This document shows, piece by piece, positions 13,768 to 24,965 of a stretch of DNA of 64,000 nt. The notes under the pieces are model-generated. The model was not told the origin of the DNA, did no database searches, and saw only the letters and a list, made by a program, of their open reading frames with translations. The stretch is from NCBI GenBank assembly GCA_025603075.1, contig MU626297.1, positions 1 through 64,000 of the forward strand, read 5' to 3'. Both the position numbers and the translations under genes were made by a program. Every line of letters begins with the position of its first letter. Position 1 is the stretch's first letter. This DNA is from Neoconidiobolus thromboides FSU 785 (Eukaryota; Fungi; Entomophthoromycota).

Positions 13768-14639
13768 TTTAAGTGTTTATTTATGTTTTAAAATTATAAT
13801 AGCCGTGCTTAATACTTAATTTTTAATTTAAATAAATAATTTGATATTGTATAATTGAATTATTTAATATCAGTTTTTAATACTTCTTGATGTTTTAATA
13901 TATTTAAAGCATATATAAGTGTTTTTTACTATTAAAAATTTAATTAGTGAGTTATCATTTTTATTCTACAAAACGTGGACAAAAGAAACCAAAAATAAAG
14001 AGTTCAAACTTTTTCTTAGCCACGTAATACCCCAAAAGCCATCAGTCACCGTATTCATCTTTTATAATAAAAAATAATTAAAGTAGAATTAATATAGCGA
14101 CATTATTGAGCCTCAAATAATACATGGTGGTTATTTAGTCTCGTGCTGTAATAACATTGCCAAGAAACAACAACGTCAGTTAATATTTAAATTAGACTAA
14201 ATATTAATAAAGTTCTAAGTATTAATACGGGTCATTATACTTTAATAAAACATATTCTAAAAGTTAATATTCATCATTTTAAACCTATTAATTTTATGTT
14301 TTAATAATATTATCTAAAAAATAAAACTTAGACTTTTTTTGTGGTTTATTTCTAACACTTAATGTTATTATTAATCACTAATTTGTTTTTAAAAATAAAC
14401 TATATAAGCTAATTTTAGATCCAATCATATAGCCAAAAGGTTTTATTTTTTAAATGTAAATGCTAGTGAATACTAACTTATAGAAAACAAAGTTAAAATA
14501 TATCACTTATATTAAATTTACATAAATAAAATAAAAACTTGAATTTCTTTGATAAGATCTTATTGAAGTAAATATGCATGATATACTTTATTCCTTATCA
14601 AAAAGCATCCTGATTTCATATTAAAATAATTAAGCTTTT

Positions 14640-14790
14640 ATTTTATTATTTTACTATTTTACTATTTTATTATATTATTATTTTATTGTTATTATATTAT
14701 TTTAACAATATATTATAAATATAACAAATTATATGTTTTTTATTGTTTCTTTATTGTTGTTTATTGTTGTTTATTGTTATTTATTATGCT
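14640..14790. repeat. AT-rich low-complexity tract with degenerate tandem units (TTATTGTTGT-like, TATTTTAC-like)
   Basis: Visible ttattgttgt ttattgttgt ttattgttat and tattttac repeats. Confidence 0.7.
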
Positions 14791-15823
14791 ATAGACTATA
14801 TAATTAATCGTTTTCTTTTTTGAGCTAAATTTTTGAAATTTAAGAGTTAAATATTAATGGAGAAGTTACTTGTCAAAGTTTCCATACTATCAACGATTAG
14901 CTATTTTTCAGAATGATTTTGACGACCCTTAAATGCAATTAACTATGTACCCTTAATATATCAAAATCATATCTACTAAATTAATAAATAAACCTATATT
15001 TTTATCTAAAAAATGGTGCATTGAATATTAACTACCGGTATCTATATTGTCATAATTCTCAATTAAGTTGAAAAAAAGTTCAAATTAAATTCTTTAAAAG
15101 ATAAATAAAGTTGGAGAATAAATTTTCTTCATCCACTTGTGATATTTTATCTTACAAAACTTAACTTATGTTAAACAGTAAATGGAACATAAACCCATAG
15201 AGTTGGGGTACTCTTACCTTATAATTAAATTTTTTATTCTCTCTACTTAACTTACTCCTTAAATTTCCTTTTATTCTTTTCGAAAAAACTTTAAAAATAT
15301 TTATATTATATTCTATAACCTAGTTCATGGATTTATTATAATTTTCCCTTTGTCTTTTCCCTTTATTGAATTTTACTACACTTTAAAGCATTAATGGTAT
15401 TACCCTTTCAAGTGTAAATGTTTATATATATATTAAAATGAAGAAGTTTACTATAAAGTAGATCGAACTTTATATATTATATATAATACCTTCACTCTTT
15501 AAATTATTTTTGTAATATATTAATTGTTTTATGTTGACTTAAATAAGCCACTTTTAATAAAAGATTAATTTCTTTTTTTCTAAATTTGGAAGTTGATCCA
15601 GTCAAGCTACCAACTATTTTTCTTTAATAAATTGAATTTTAAGAACTTGTGCTTCTTGAAATTAAAAAATAAATTTCTATTTTAATCAGTCTTTATTCTC
15701 GTACCATATCCATGGTAACTGGGTATATAAATGATACTTTTTTCTTTTTTAATAAAATTTAGTTTTATTTAACCCTCAGCAATAATCTCTCTGTCTATAT
15801 TTCTCTAATTAATATATAATATA

Positions 15824-16498
15824 ATGAAGTTCTCTGGTTTATATTCCTTTTTATCATTAACTGCTATTGCTTCCGTTGCTGGTAGTGAGCATTATAATAA
15901 AAACCCTGAATATGAATATGGTAATTACCAGCCACAAATTCAAACCGTAACTGTTACTGTTTCTCAACCTGCTTCTACTGTTTACATTAATCAATGTACC
16001 ACTGAAGCTCCAGCTCCATCTTATGAGGTCCCTAAAGAAACTACTACTCAACCACAGACTCCACCACCACAAGAAACTTCCCCACCTTCTGGTGATAATG
16101 AAATGATTTGCCGCGTTAACGCTGTGCGTGCTAAAGCCGGTAAAAAGCCACTTTATGTTGATAATTGTCTCATGAAGTCAGCTCATGATCATTCTCAAGA
16201 ACAAGCCAAAAATAAGAAGATGACCCATTCTGGATTTGATGGTAAAACTAAGGAACTTGGTGGACGTCTTACTTTAAGTGGCTATACATGGAACTCATGT
16301 GCAGAGAATATTGCTTGGAATCAACAAACTATCAAACAAGTAGTGGATGATTGGACTAAATCTAAAGGTCATTATGCTAATATGATTGGTGATTATGATT
16401 GCTTTGGTTGGGGTGAAGTTGACAAATACTGGACTCAAAACTTTGCTTCTGGTAAAAAATGTACTAGTACTACTCTCCCTCAGTGCAATGGGTATTAA
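15824..16498 (+). CDS. Secreted CAP/SCP domain protein 2 (tandem paralogue)
   Basis: Intronless; signal peptide, T/P/Q linker, MICRVNAVR..SAHDHSQEQA..MTHSG..AENIAWNQ..WTKSKGHYANM..YWTQNF. Confidence 0.92.
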   Translation: MKFSGLYSFLSLTAIASVAGSEHYNKNPEYEYGNYQPQIQTVTVTVSQPASTVYINQCTTEAPAPSYEVPKETTTQPQTPPPQETSPPSGDNEMICRVNAVRAKAGKKPLYVDNCLMKSAHDHSQEQAKNKKMTHSGFDGKTKELGGRLTLSGYTWNSCAENIAWNQQTIKQVVDDWTKSKGHYANMIGDYDCFGWGEVDKYWTQNFASGKKCTSTTLPQCNGY

Positions 16499-17215
16499 AT
16501 AAATTTAACTTAACGACTAATAAATTAATTAATTCATTTATTTTATAACTTTATTGTAACATTATAACATTTGATTTTTTTAAAACATTAAATTGACTAG
16601 TCTTGAATGTTTTATTGGTCTATTTAATAATGTTTAAATAAACTGAACTAAATGAATTCTTTTTTATTCAAGTGATTAATTGATTGATCAATTAAATAGT
16701 AAAGTACTAAACAACCTCTTATAATATTATTAGATATCAGTTCTAATAAAAATTAAAAATTTCCAATTAATTACTAGTAACATGCCTCTGAATTGATGAA
16801 CAATACTATTGATATTCTATTTTTTTTGAAATATTCAATAATAATAAAATGACCAAATGAAAACAATGTACTTTTAGTACTTTAAGCATTTCAAAAAGAT
16901 ATAAATCAAGTATTAAACATGCAATTTCATTGTTTAATGTGAGTGATCCCACATTGAGTTAAAAAAATAATGTGTCTGCAAGAAAAGATGTGGAATCTAT
17001 TACTAAAAAGTTAAACATTTAAGATGTAATGATAAGACATATTTATAATTTAAATATATGAGATGTTCAGCTAAAATATAAAAATACAAGAAAATAGTTA
17101 ATAAATTAATGGAAATTATAGTATTGTTCATGTAGGTTTTGAAACCAGTGAATGCTTTAATAGATACAATAAAATAAATAATTTTAAAAATAGAATAAAA
17201 CAAATTTATAATATA

Positions 17216-17320
17216 TATGGGGATGTTTTTTTTGGCCTCATTACTTTTTCCATCTTTTGAGCATTATTTGAGTGGAAAGATTGTTAGTAAAATTCTTAAA
17301 TACAAAAATACATCCCCATT
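17216..17320 (+). mobile_element. MITE-like repeat, copy 1
   Basis: TATGGGGATGTTTTT...AAAATACATCCCCAT terminal inverted repeats; internal sequence shared with 8 other copies. Confidence 0.8.
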
Positions 17321-17737
17321 GCTTGATTAAGTTTATTATTATCGATAGTAAACTTTGATAATATATCTTTTCTTTGTTTTGTTTTATTATAAAATAAGTT
17401 TTAAATAGAGACATTTAATTTTAGGCTTTTTAGATTTAACTGTTATATTGGACACAAACTTAAAATTTTAAATTTGGGATTAATTTCTAAGTAGATTCTG
17501 AAACCAATTAGAACACCCCCATATGCAAGCTGGGAAACTTCTTTAGCTACTAACAATATTTTAAATTTATAAAATATTCCACTTTTAATAAATTCCCCAG
17601 ATTATCCAGATTATTCATTCAACCAAATAAATGTTATTTAATAATGGATAAAATAAGGGGATAATAAATCAACAGTTAAAAAATAAAAATTATAGAAAAT
17701 TATAGAAAACATTTTATTGTAATTGATTATTCAATAA

Positions 17738-18365
17738 ATGGGAAAACCAAATAAAGAGAACATGGTGTTAGCACTTAAAGAAGATAAAAAAGTTAAGTAT
17801 CAATAGAGCAGCAAAGTTATACTCTGTAAGTAGTTCTACATTAGCACGACGAGTGAATGGTATTCAGTCTAAAGAAGATAGTGAACCAGGGTGTAAAAAA
17901 TTAACTATATTAGAAGAGAATGTGATTGTAGAGCATATATGTAATTTGAGTAGTCGAAAAGTTCAACCGAAACATGAAGATATTAAAAAAATGGCCAATC
18001 GGTTACTTAGTTTACGTGGTAATGTAGTAGTGGGACGAACTTGGGTTTATTCCTTTGTTAAAAGACAACCTAAACTTTATAATATTTTAAAAAAAAGATT
18101 AAACCGAGATAAAAGTAGCTCACCTGAAATTGTTACTTCTCTCGATTGGATTCCAAAGGCAGCAGAAAATTTGAATGAAATAACAGAACAAGTTAATTTT
18201 ATGAAGCATCAAGTCAAAAATCATTATATTGAATCACCCACATTATTAAATAAAGCTATTGAGTTATTTGAAGAAAATAATAAAAAAGCATTACATCAAA
18301 TTGCTCTTCAATTAAAAAATGAAGAATTAGAAAAAACAATTGAATCTCATGATAAATCAATTTAA
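17738..18365 (+). mobile_element. pogo/Fot1-type transposase derivative (HTH domains plus C-terminal motif, no DDE), 5' frameshift
   Basis: ATG 17738 (MGKPNKENMVLAL) is out of frame with SINRAAKLYSVSSSTLARRVNG..KKLTILEENVIVEHI..KKMANRLLSLRGNVVVGRTWVYSFVKRQPKL..WIPKAAENLNEITEQVNFMKHQVKNHYIESPT. Confidence 0.82.
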
Positions 18366-18388
18366 TAAATATAGCATATATAACATGA

Positions 18389-18492
18389 TATGGGGATGTA
18401 TTTTTGTATTTAAGAATTTTACTGACAATTTTTTCACTCAAATAACGCTTAAAAGATAGAAAAAATAATGAAGTCAAAAAAAAATCTCCATA
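18389..18492 (-). mobile_element. MITE-like repeat, copy 2 (inverted)
   Basis: Reverse complement of copy 1: TATGGGGATGTATTTTTGTATTTAAGAATTTTACTGACAAT...ATCTCCATA. Confidence 0.8.
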
Positions 18493-18626
18493 TCTTCATA
18501 ATGCTATGACAATTAAATCTAATAAGTAACAATAAAAAGCGAAAGAAATAATTAAAGATGGTTAATAAATTTAAATGAACCAAATTTATTGTTAAAGCTG
18601 AAAACATATTGAATAGAAGTATATAA

Positions 18627-18709
18627 TATGGGGGTGTTTTTTTTTGGCTTCATTATTTGAGTGAAAAAATTGTCAGTAAAGTTCTTGAACACAGAAATAC
18701 ATCCCCATA
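18627..18709 (+). mobile_element. MITE-like repeat, copy 3 (internal deletion of about 20 bp)
   Basis: TATGGGGGTGTTTT...ATTTGAGTGAAAAAATTGTCAGTAAAG...ATACATCCCCATA. Confidence 0.78.
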
Positions 18710-19120
18710 TGTTGATATTAAATAGTGACTTGATTTATGCTTTTCTTTTTAAATAAAATTATATCGATTAAAGGTGTAATCTTTAAAAAATTTAGCAACG
18801 TCAGCAACTTTTTTCAGCTGATTGGATATTTATTATTAATCATATAAAATTTTATGATTTTAAAGGATATATACAATATAACTAAATAAATAAAATTATA
18901 TTATAGTATATAAGTATATATTAAATAAAAGAACTCAAAATCAATTAAATTAATTCTATTTTAGTTAAGATTTTTAAGTTTTCAATAAATATTTGAAAAA
19001 AAAAGATTAATTATAAATAGTACAGACTTTGAAGTATATAATACTATCACATATATATCATATATAATAACATCAATATTTTACAACATACAAGTTCAAT
19101 GTATATAAAATCTTTTATAA

Positions 19121-19223
19121 TATGAGGGCGTTTTTTTAGTTTCACTATTTTTCCATTTTTTAAGTGCTATTTAAGCGCAAAGATTGTTAGTCCAACTCTT
19201 AAACAAAAAAATACATCTCCGTA
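19121..19223 (+). mobile_element. MITE-like repeat, copy 4
   Basis: TATGAGGGCGTTTT...TTTTCCATTTTTAAGTGCTATTTAAGCGCAAAGATTGTTAG...ATACATCTCCGTA. Confidence 0.75.
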
Positions 19224-19647
19224 TTTTACTTCATTTAGAAATGAAAAAACAGCTTTCAATTTCGTACTATTTATGCTTAAATTACTACATTTGTAATAAC
19301 TTTAAACCATAATAAAGTTAAATTACGGTTAAAGTAAAGCTATACATAACTTTTATCTAGTATTAGTAATCTTTCAAAATGTATAACACATATTCTTATA
19401 CTAACAATTTTGAATATTCATTTAAAGTATAAAAATAATTACTTGAAATCACGTTATCCCTTCAATGGATTGAAATCCCACCAATAGTTTGAAAGATACT
19501 TTAAAAATGAGCAGTGTAAAACGTAAAACTAAAAAAAGAAAAGTAACAAGAAGGATAATTGGATAAAAAAAGGAAACAGATCATCAGCTACACCATCAAG
19601 ATTGAATAAAGGGGAAAATTTTAATTGTATAAAGTGGTAAATAATCC

Positions 19648-21651
19648 ATGGGTTGTACAAAACTTTTATTGAGATTAGCTCGTCATTCGGGAAAAACATT
19701 GTTTTTTAACAATAGTATAAATACACTTAAATCGAACTTCAACACCAATCATTCCTTTTTCAACTCAAGTTCAAGTGCAACTGGAGTACACAAATTTTTT
19801 AACAATCAAACTTATTCTCTTATAAATCTGTATTCTACTATGGCTGATAAAAAAATCGACTCTCTAGTATTGGGATATTATGATGACCTTTCATTATCTA
19901 ATGATGCTTCTCATCTTGACTCTGGATTAATTGATAAGCTTAAGTCTTTATTAAAGGTATCTGGTGCTAAAGGTAAGTTAGGAGAAAGCAAACTTTTCCA
20001 TTTTAGTGAAGGAGATATCGCTCGTGTAGCTTTAGTTTCTTTTGGTCCAAAAACCGAAAATAAAGCTGTATTTTCAGACCGTGTTCGTAATGCTGTAAGT
20101 CAAATTAATTGAAATCATTTAATTAATCTAATTTTTTTAAGATTGGTAATGGTGTACGCCAATTAAAAGCTAATGGTGCTACTCATATCGGATTAGATAC
20201 TACTTCTGGGCAACACAGTAAGTTATTTTGTAACATTTGATCTTTTTATTAAGCCTTATTTTTTTTAGCTTCTGCTGAAGCTGCTGGACTTGGTGTTTAC
20301 AACTACAAGGCACATCAAAAAGTACATCTTGAATCAGAAGATGCTAAAGCTGAAGTTACCTTTACTCCAATTAAAAGTGATACTCAAGTTGAGGAATTAA
20401 CTAGCGATTATGATTGGGCTACTGGAGAAGTATTTGCAAATGCTCAAAATTTAGCCAGATATTGGATGGACTCACCAGCTAATCTTGCTACTCCTACTAT
20501 TATTGCTGAACATATTCAAAAATTAGCTAGTAAAATTGATAATTTAGAAATTCATGTTCGTGATCAAGAATGGATTAAAGAAAAGAAAATGGGTGCTTTC
20601 TTATCTGTTTCTAAAGGTTCTGATGAAGAACCAAAAATTGTTGAATTCCATTACAATGGTGGAAATGCTAACGATAAACCATTATCCTTTGTCGGGAAAG
20701 GTAATTATATATAGTGTTTTATGGGTTACTTTACTAATTTTTATTAGGAATTACCTTTGATACGTAAATAACTCATTTATTATCAAATTTTTAAACTAAT
20801 CTTTTATATAGCGGAGGTATCTCAATTAAGCCATCTTCTAATATGCATGCCATGAAAGGTGATATGGGAGGTGCTGCTACTGTAGCTGCATCTGTATTAG
20901 CCATTGCTCAACTTAAATTACCAATTAATGTAAGAGCTGCTATTGCCCTTGCTGAAAACATGCCCTCTGCAAGAGCTACTAAACCTGGAGATGTAGTTAC
21001 GGCTATGAATGGAAAAACTATTGAAGTAAATCATCCATTTAAAATCATACATTATACTAATAATAACTAGGTATTAAATACTGATGCTGAAGGGCGTATG
21101 GTATTGTCGGATACTCTTTATCATGTCAATTCTACCTATAATCCTCACACTGTATTTACCGTAGCTACATTAACTGGAGCTATTGTTGTAGCTTTAGGAG
21201 ATCCCTACACTGGAGCTTATGCCTCTCGTCATTCATTATGGCAAGAATTAGAACAAGCCAGTAATACATCAGGTGATTTATTCTGGCGTATGCCCTTCCA
21301 CCCATACTATAAGTCATTAATGACTGGGACTAATGTTGCCGATTTACAAAATATTGGAGCTAAAAATGGAGGTGGATCTTGCTCTGCTGCTGCATTTTTA
21401 AGAGAATTTGTTCACCTTGATAAAGAAGTTAAAGAGCCAGTAGACTGGAATGATGATGATACACTTCCTACTCGTTATGGTCATTTGGATATTGCTGCCG
21501 TTATGGAAGCTACTTCTGATTCTGGTTATCATACTAAAGGAATGACAGGTAATGTTAAGTGTTATAAATGAAATTGAAATTAATTATTTTAGGTCGTCCT
21601 ACTCGTACTTTGATTGAATACGCTAGATTAGTCTCTAAAAAGAAATTTTAA
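19648..21651 (+). CDS. LAP3: Leucine aminopeptidase, family M17, with mitochondrial presequence-like N-terminus
   Basis: KG|ITFDT|[50 protein letters not shown] and GRPTRTL motifs after splicing. Confidence 0.95.
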
Positions 21652-22051
21652 ATTAAACTATCAATAAATATAGTATAGTGATTAAATTAATTGACTTTGC
21701 TGATTTCTAGTTGAGCTTTATAAAATTTAGCAAATGAATTCAACAATTTTATTATCGAAAAATGGACGGATATTTGTCTTCTTTTATAGTCTTATGAATT
21801 AACATAGACATTTGTTCTATGATTCCAACGTTTAAAAGAAAAGATAAACAACCCCAAAGATATCACTTCATATTTGAGGGTTTGTATACTATTTAACGAT
21901 TTTCGAAAATTATCATATACACAATTAAAAAATGATCCCCAAAGTCTAGTTAGATAAGACATTGCTTTTTAAATCAAAGTTTACATATTAAACCCTGTCA
22001 AGTACACAGATAACTTGGATAAAATAAACTGAGCTATAAGGTCTGAAAACA

Positions 22052-22150
22052 TTTGGTGATGTATTTTTTCGTTCAAGAACTTTGCTAACAATCTTTCCAC
22101 TCAAATAGTGCTTAAAAATGGAAAAAGCAATGAAGACAAATATTCACATT
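22052..22150 (-). mobile_element. MITE-like repeat, copy 5 (inverted, degenerate ends)
   Basis: TGGTGATGTATTTTT...CTAACAATCTTTCCACTCAAATAGTGCTTAAAAATGGAAAAAG matches the reverse complement of copy 1. Confidence 0.7.
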
Positions 22151-22186
22151 TATTAATAAACTGAGATTATTTGTACTGTCTGAATA

Positions 22187-22257
22187 GCGTACATAGTATA
22201 GAGGTAGAATACTTCTCTTCCAAAGAAGTGGCCTGGGTTCGATTCCCAGTGTACGCA
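22187..22257 (+). tRNA. tRNA-Gly (anticodon TCC), intronless
   Basis: Acceptor stem GCGTACA/TGTACGC plus discriminator A; anticodon stem CTTCT/AGAAG with loop CT-TCC-AA; T-arm CTGGG-TTCGATT-CCCAG. Confidence 0.95.
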
Positions 22258-22374
22258 TCTGGTTCCGCAATATGAAGCTTTAACTTTTTGTTTACCCAAA
22301 TGAACAAAATTATAAAAAAGTAAAATGATGTTTTTTAAAATAAACTAACTTTAATGTCTAAATCTATTTTTATT

Positions 22375-23885
22375 TCAACTTAACATATAGTTAATTAAAC
22401 GAGAAACAACAAGTACATTTAAAGAGTTTCCTAATAATTTATATCGATTCTTTAAACTTACTTCCGGTGGAAATTCAAACTTATTTTTCATTACTGGAAA
22501 ACCCATTAATTTGGCTATTTCATATTCGGTAAAGTATCGATAACGTGTTGCTTTTCCATCCTTATATTAATTTATTAGTGGCTCTATTTAGCAAATTTAT
22601 AGTTTACTTTAAAGTCTAATTTAAGTATTGATCCCGTTCCTTGAGCATATTTGGTATAACCTAAATTATTATTGAAAATAAATTAATACAAAGACGTTGA
22701 TATACCTTTTGTAAAACAACAGGTTCCAACAGAATGTGGCTCCACAATATCTATTCAGTTATAAGTGTTTTTTAAATTGGATTAGAATTACCATAAACAT
22801 TAAGGTATTTTTCAATTATCTAATAAAAATTTATAAAAAAAATGACAGTAGTGAACTTTGATAATATTACTTTTTCAGGTACTGAATAATCTTCAAATAA
22901 CTTAGTATCGAAAATAGAATCACCTAAAAATTCAGCTAATTTAGCGGTACCACAACTCATTTGTGTAACATCAATGCCAAATAAAACTTTATAAATTTCG
23001 TTAATTAATTCTTCTTCATTCAAAGTCAATGGTAATAAATTGTTATTTTCAGTATCAATAATCATTGTCTTTTTACTACAAAATAGTCTCTTGTTCATTT
23101 GAGCTATTTTAAAGTTTCCTACATTTTCTCTTTTTGCCTATTTCTTTTTAATACATAAAAAAAGGTTAAAAAAAAACTTACTATAAAATAATATCTTAGC
23201 CTTGAATTGGGTATATTTAAGTCCGTTGGATTAATTAAAAATTCTTGATATTGAAACCCAGCTTCTAAACATTTTTCAACTAATACTTGTCGACTTTCTG
23301 AACGCTATAAAATATTACAATTAATCATTTTTATTCAGTAAAAAACTTACTTCAAACCCATACACATTTTCTAATAAAAAATAGTTTAAACTATTCATTT
23401 CGGATAACGAGTTTAAAAATGAAATAAAAGAAATACTTCTTTTATCTTTTAAATTTAACTGGTTACCAGTTCTTGTATATGGTTGACATGGCGGAGACAT
23501 TAATATTATATCTGGTTTATAATGGTTGTATCTACTTGCATTCATGCTATCTAAGTTTGTCTATAATTTTATCAACCTCTTTTTTAAATTAAGAAAACTA
23601 AAGTTATCATTACTGCCTTTGGTTTTTTCTTAAAATTATATTCATATACTTTATTCCCTATATCATTGACATCCATTGCTGTTATCTCGTTAATCTTCTT
23701 GGAGAATACTGTTTCATTTAGGGCATAGTGCTTTTTATATTTAGCTTAGTTTATTACAACACACTAAATTGTAGTTACCATTCCACCTATTATAAAGTTG
23801 TATTATGTAGAAACTAATTTACGTTTATCCTATTACCTATTCCGCTAAACAATTCTAACACATTATACGTTTGATTTGAAGTCAT
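22375..23885 (-). CDS. TRDMT1: DNMT2/TRDMT1 (Pmt1) tRNA C38 cytosine-5 methyltransferase
   Basis: LELFSGI|GGM|HYAL (motif I), MSPPCQPYTR (motif IV), LENVYGFE (motif VI), the DNMT2-specific CCFTK|GYTKYAQGTGS, and C-terminal KLLGNSLNV. Confidence 0.95.
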
Positions 23886-23947
23886 TTTTTAAAAACAAAA
23901 GATATAAAAAATAAAAATAATTTTTTAGATTTTTAATAACTTTTAAA

Positions 23948-24926
23948 ATGTTTAAATTATTTCAAAGATCAGCTAAATCAATAATTAACAATAGATTATA
24001 TTCTACAACAAAAACATGTAACTGAATATCAATATTATGGTATAATAACATATTAATAAATTAAATTAGTATTAAATAAAGATTTATCAACTTATTTGAG
24101 CAAAGAGTTTGAGTTTGAGCTAAAAAACAAAGCAGAAGTCAACCCAGAATTACCTATTTATTTACAGCAAAGCGGGTATGAGGTAACAACAATAAAACAA
24201 TTTAACATAGTGTGATTTGTTCAATTATATTATAGTTAAAACAAGAAGAAGGTGGAAGCTTGGTTGAATTGCACAAAAAATATAATGAAAAAGAGTAATA
24301 AAATTTAGAATCCAATATTATTAGATTTAATAAATATGAAATTAGAGATATTATTATTCGCTTTTCAATAGCAGATATTAATATACCACCTATTCAAACC
24401 AGTAATGTTACTGATATTAAATTGTTCTCAAAAGTATAAATTTTAGTTTTTTTTTATCATTATTAACTTGTTTTTAGTTTGATGAGTTTCCAATCAAGTG
24501 TCATATTATCATATCAAAGGTAAATAATGACCCTGTATTATATAATAAACTAAACCTTAAAATTAGTTGAAAAAGGGTAGTATTCTATTTGACAGTGTTG
24601 TATCTGATGGTTTTTTTGGATTTATTCAAATAAAGAGATTTGAAAATCAAGAGGTCCAACCTATTCAAGCAATTAAACAAATCCATCTTAACTCAAGGTT
24701 GGTAGGTGTACCTTTTGAAGTATTACATGAAGTAATTATATTATCTCAATTGCATTAAAATATTAATTTTTTTATTTAGGAGCTCAAATCGGGCTTTGAA
24801 GATTATTTAGAAGTTAGAGGCATCGATCATAATATGGCTAAATTTATTAGAGATTATATTTCATTCAAAGAACAGAATGAATATATGAGATGGTTAAATA
24901 GTTTATCTGAGCATGTATTAAAATAA
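23948..24926 (+). CDS. MAM33: Mitochondrial acidic matrix protein MAM33/C1QBP family
   Basis: Presequence-like MFKLFQRSAK; DKDLSTYLSKEFEFE; C-terminal LKSGFEDYLEVRGIDHNMAKFIRDYISFKEQNEYMRWL. Confidence 0.85.
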
Positions 24927-24965
24927 AATATAGAGTATTAGATTAAATTTTAAATTTATTTGTGT

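Noticed and set aside
17216-19223. Clustered ~100-bp repeats read as a CRISPR-like or satellite array
   Set aside because: Irregular spacing, mixed orientation, diverged copies with their own inverted ends and a eukaryotic context fit dispersed MITEs instead.
22187-23885. DNMT2 lying tail-to-tail with a tRNA-Gly gene as an enzyme-substrate cluster
   Set aside because: DNMT2 methylates C38 (tRNA-Asp GUC, Gly GCC, Val AAC). This tRNA is Gly(TCC) and its anticodon loop CT-TCC-AA has A at position 38, so adjacency is probably chance.
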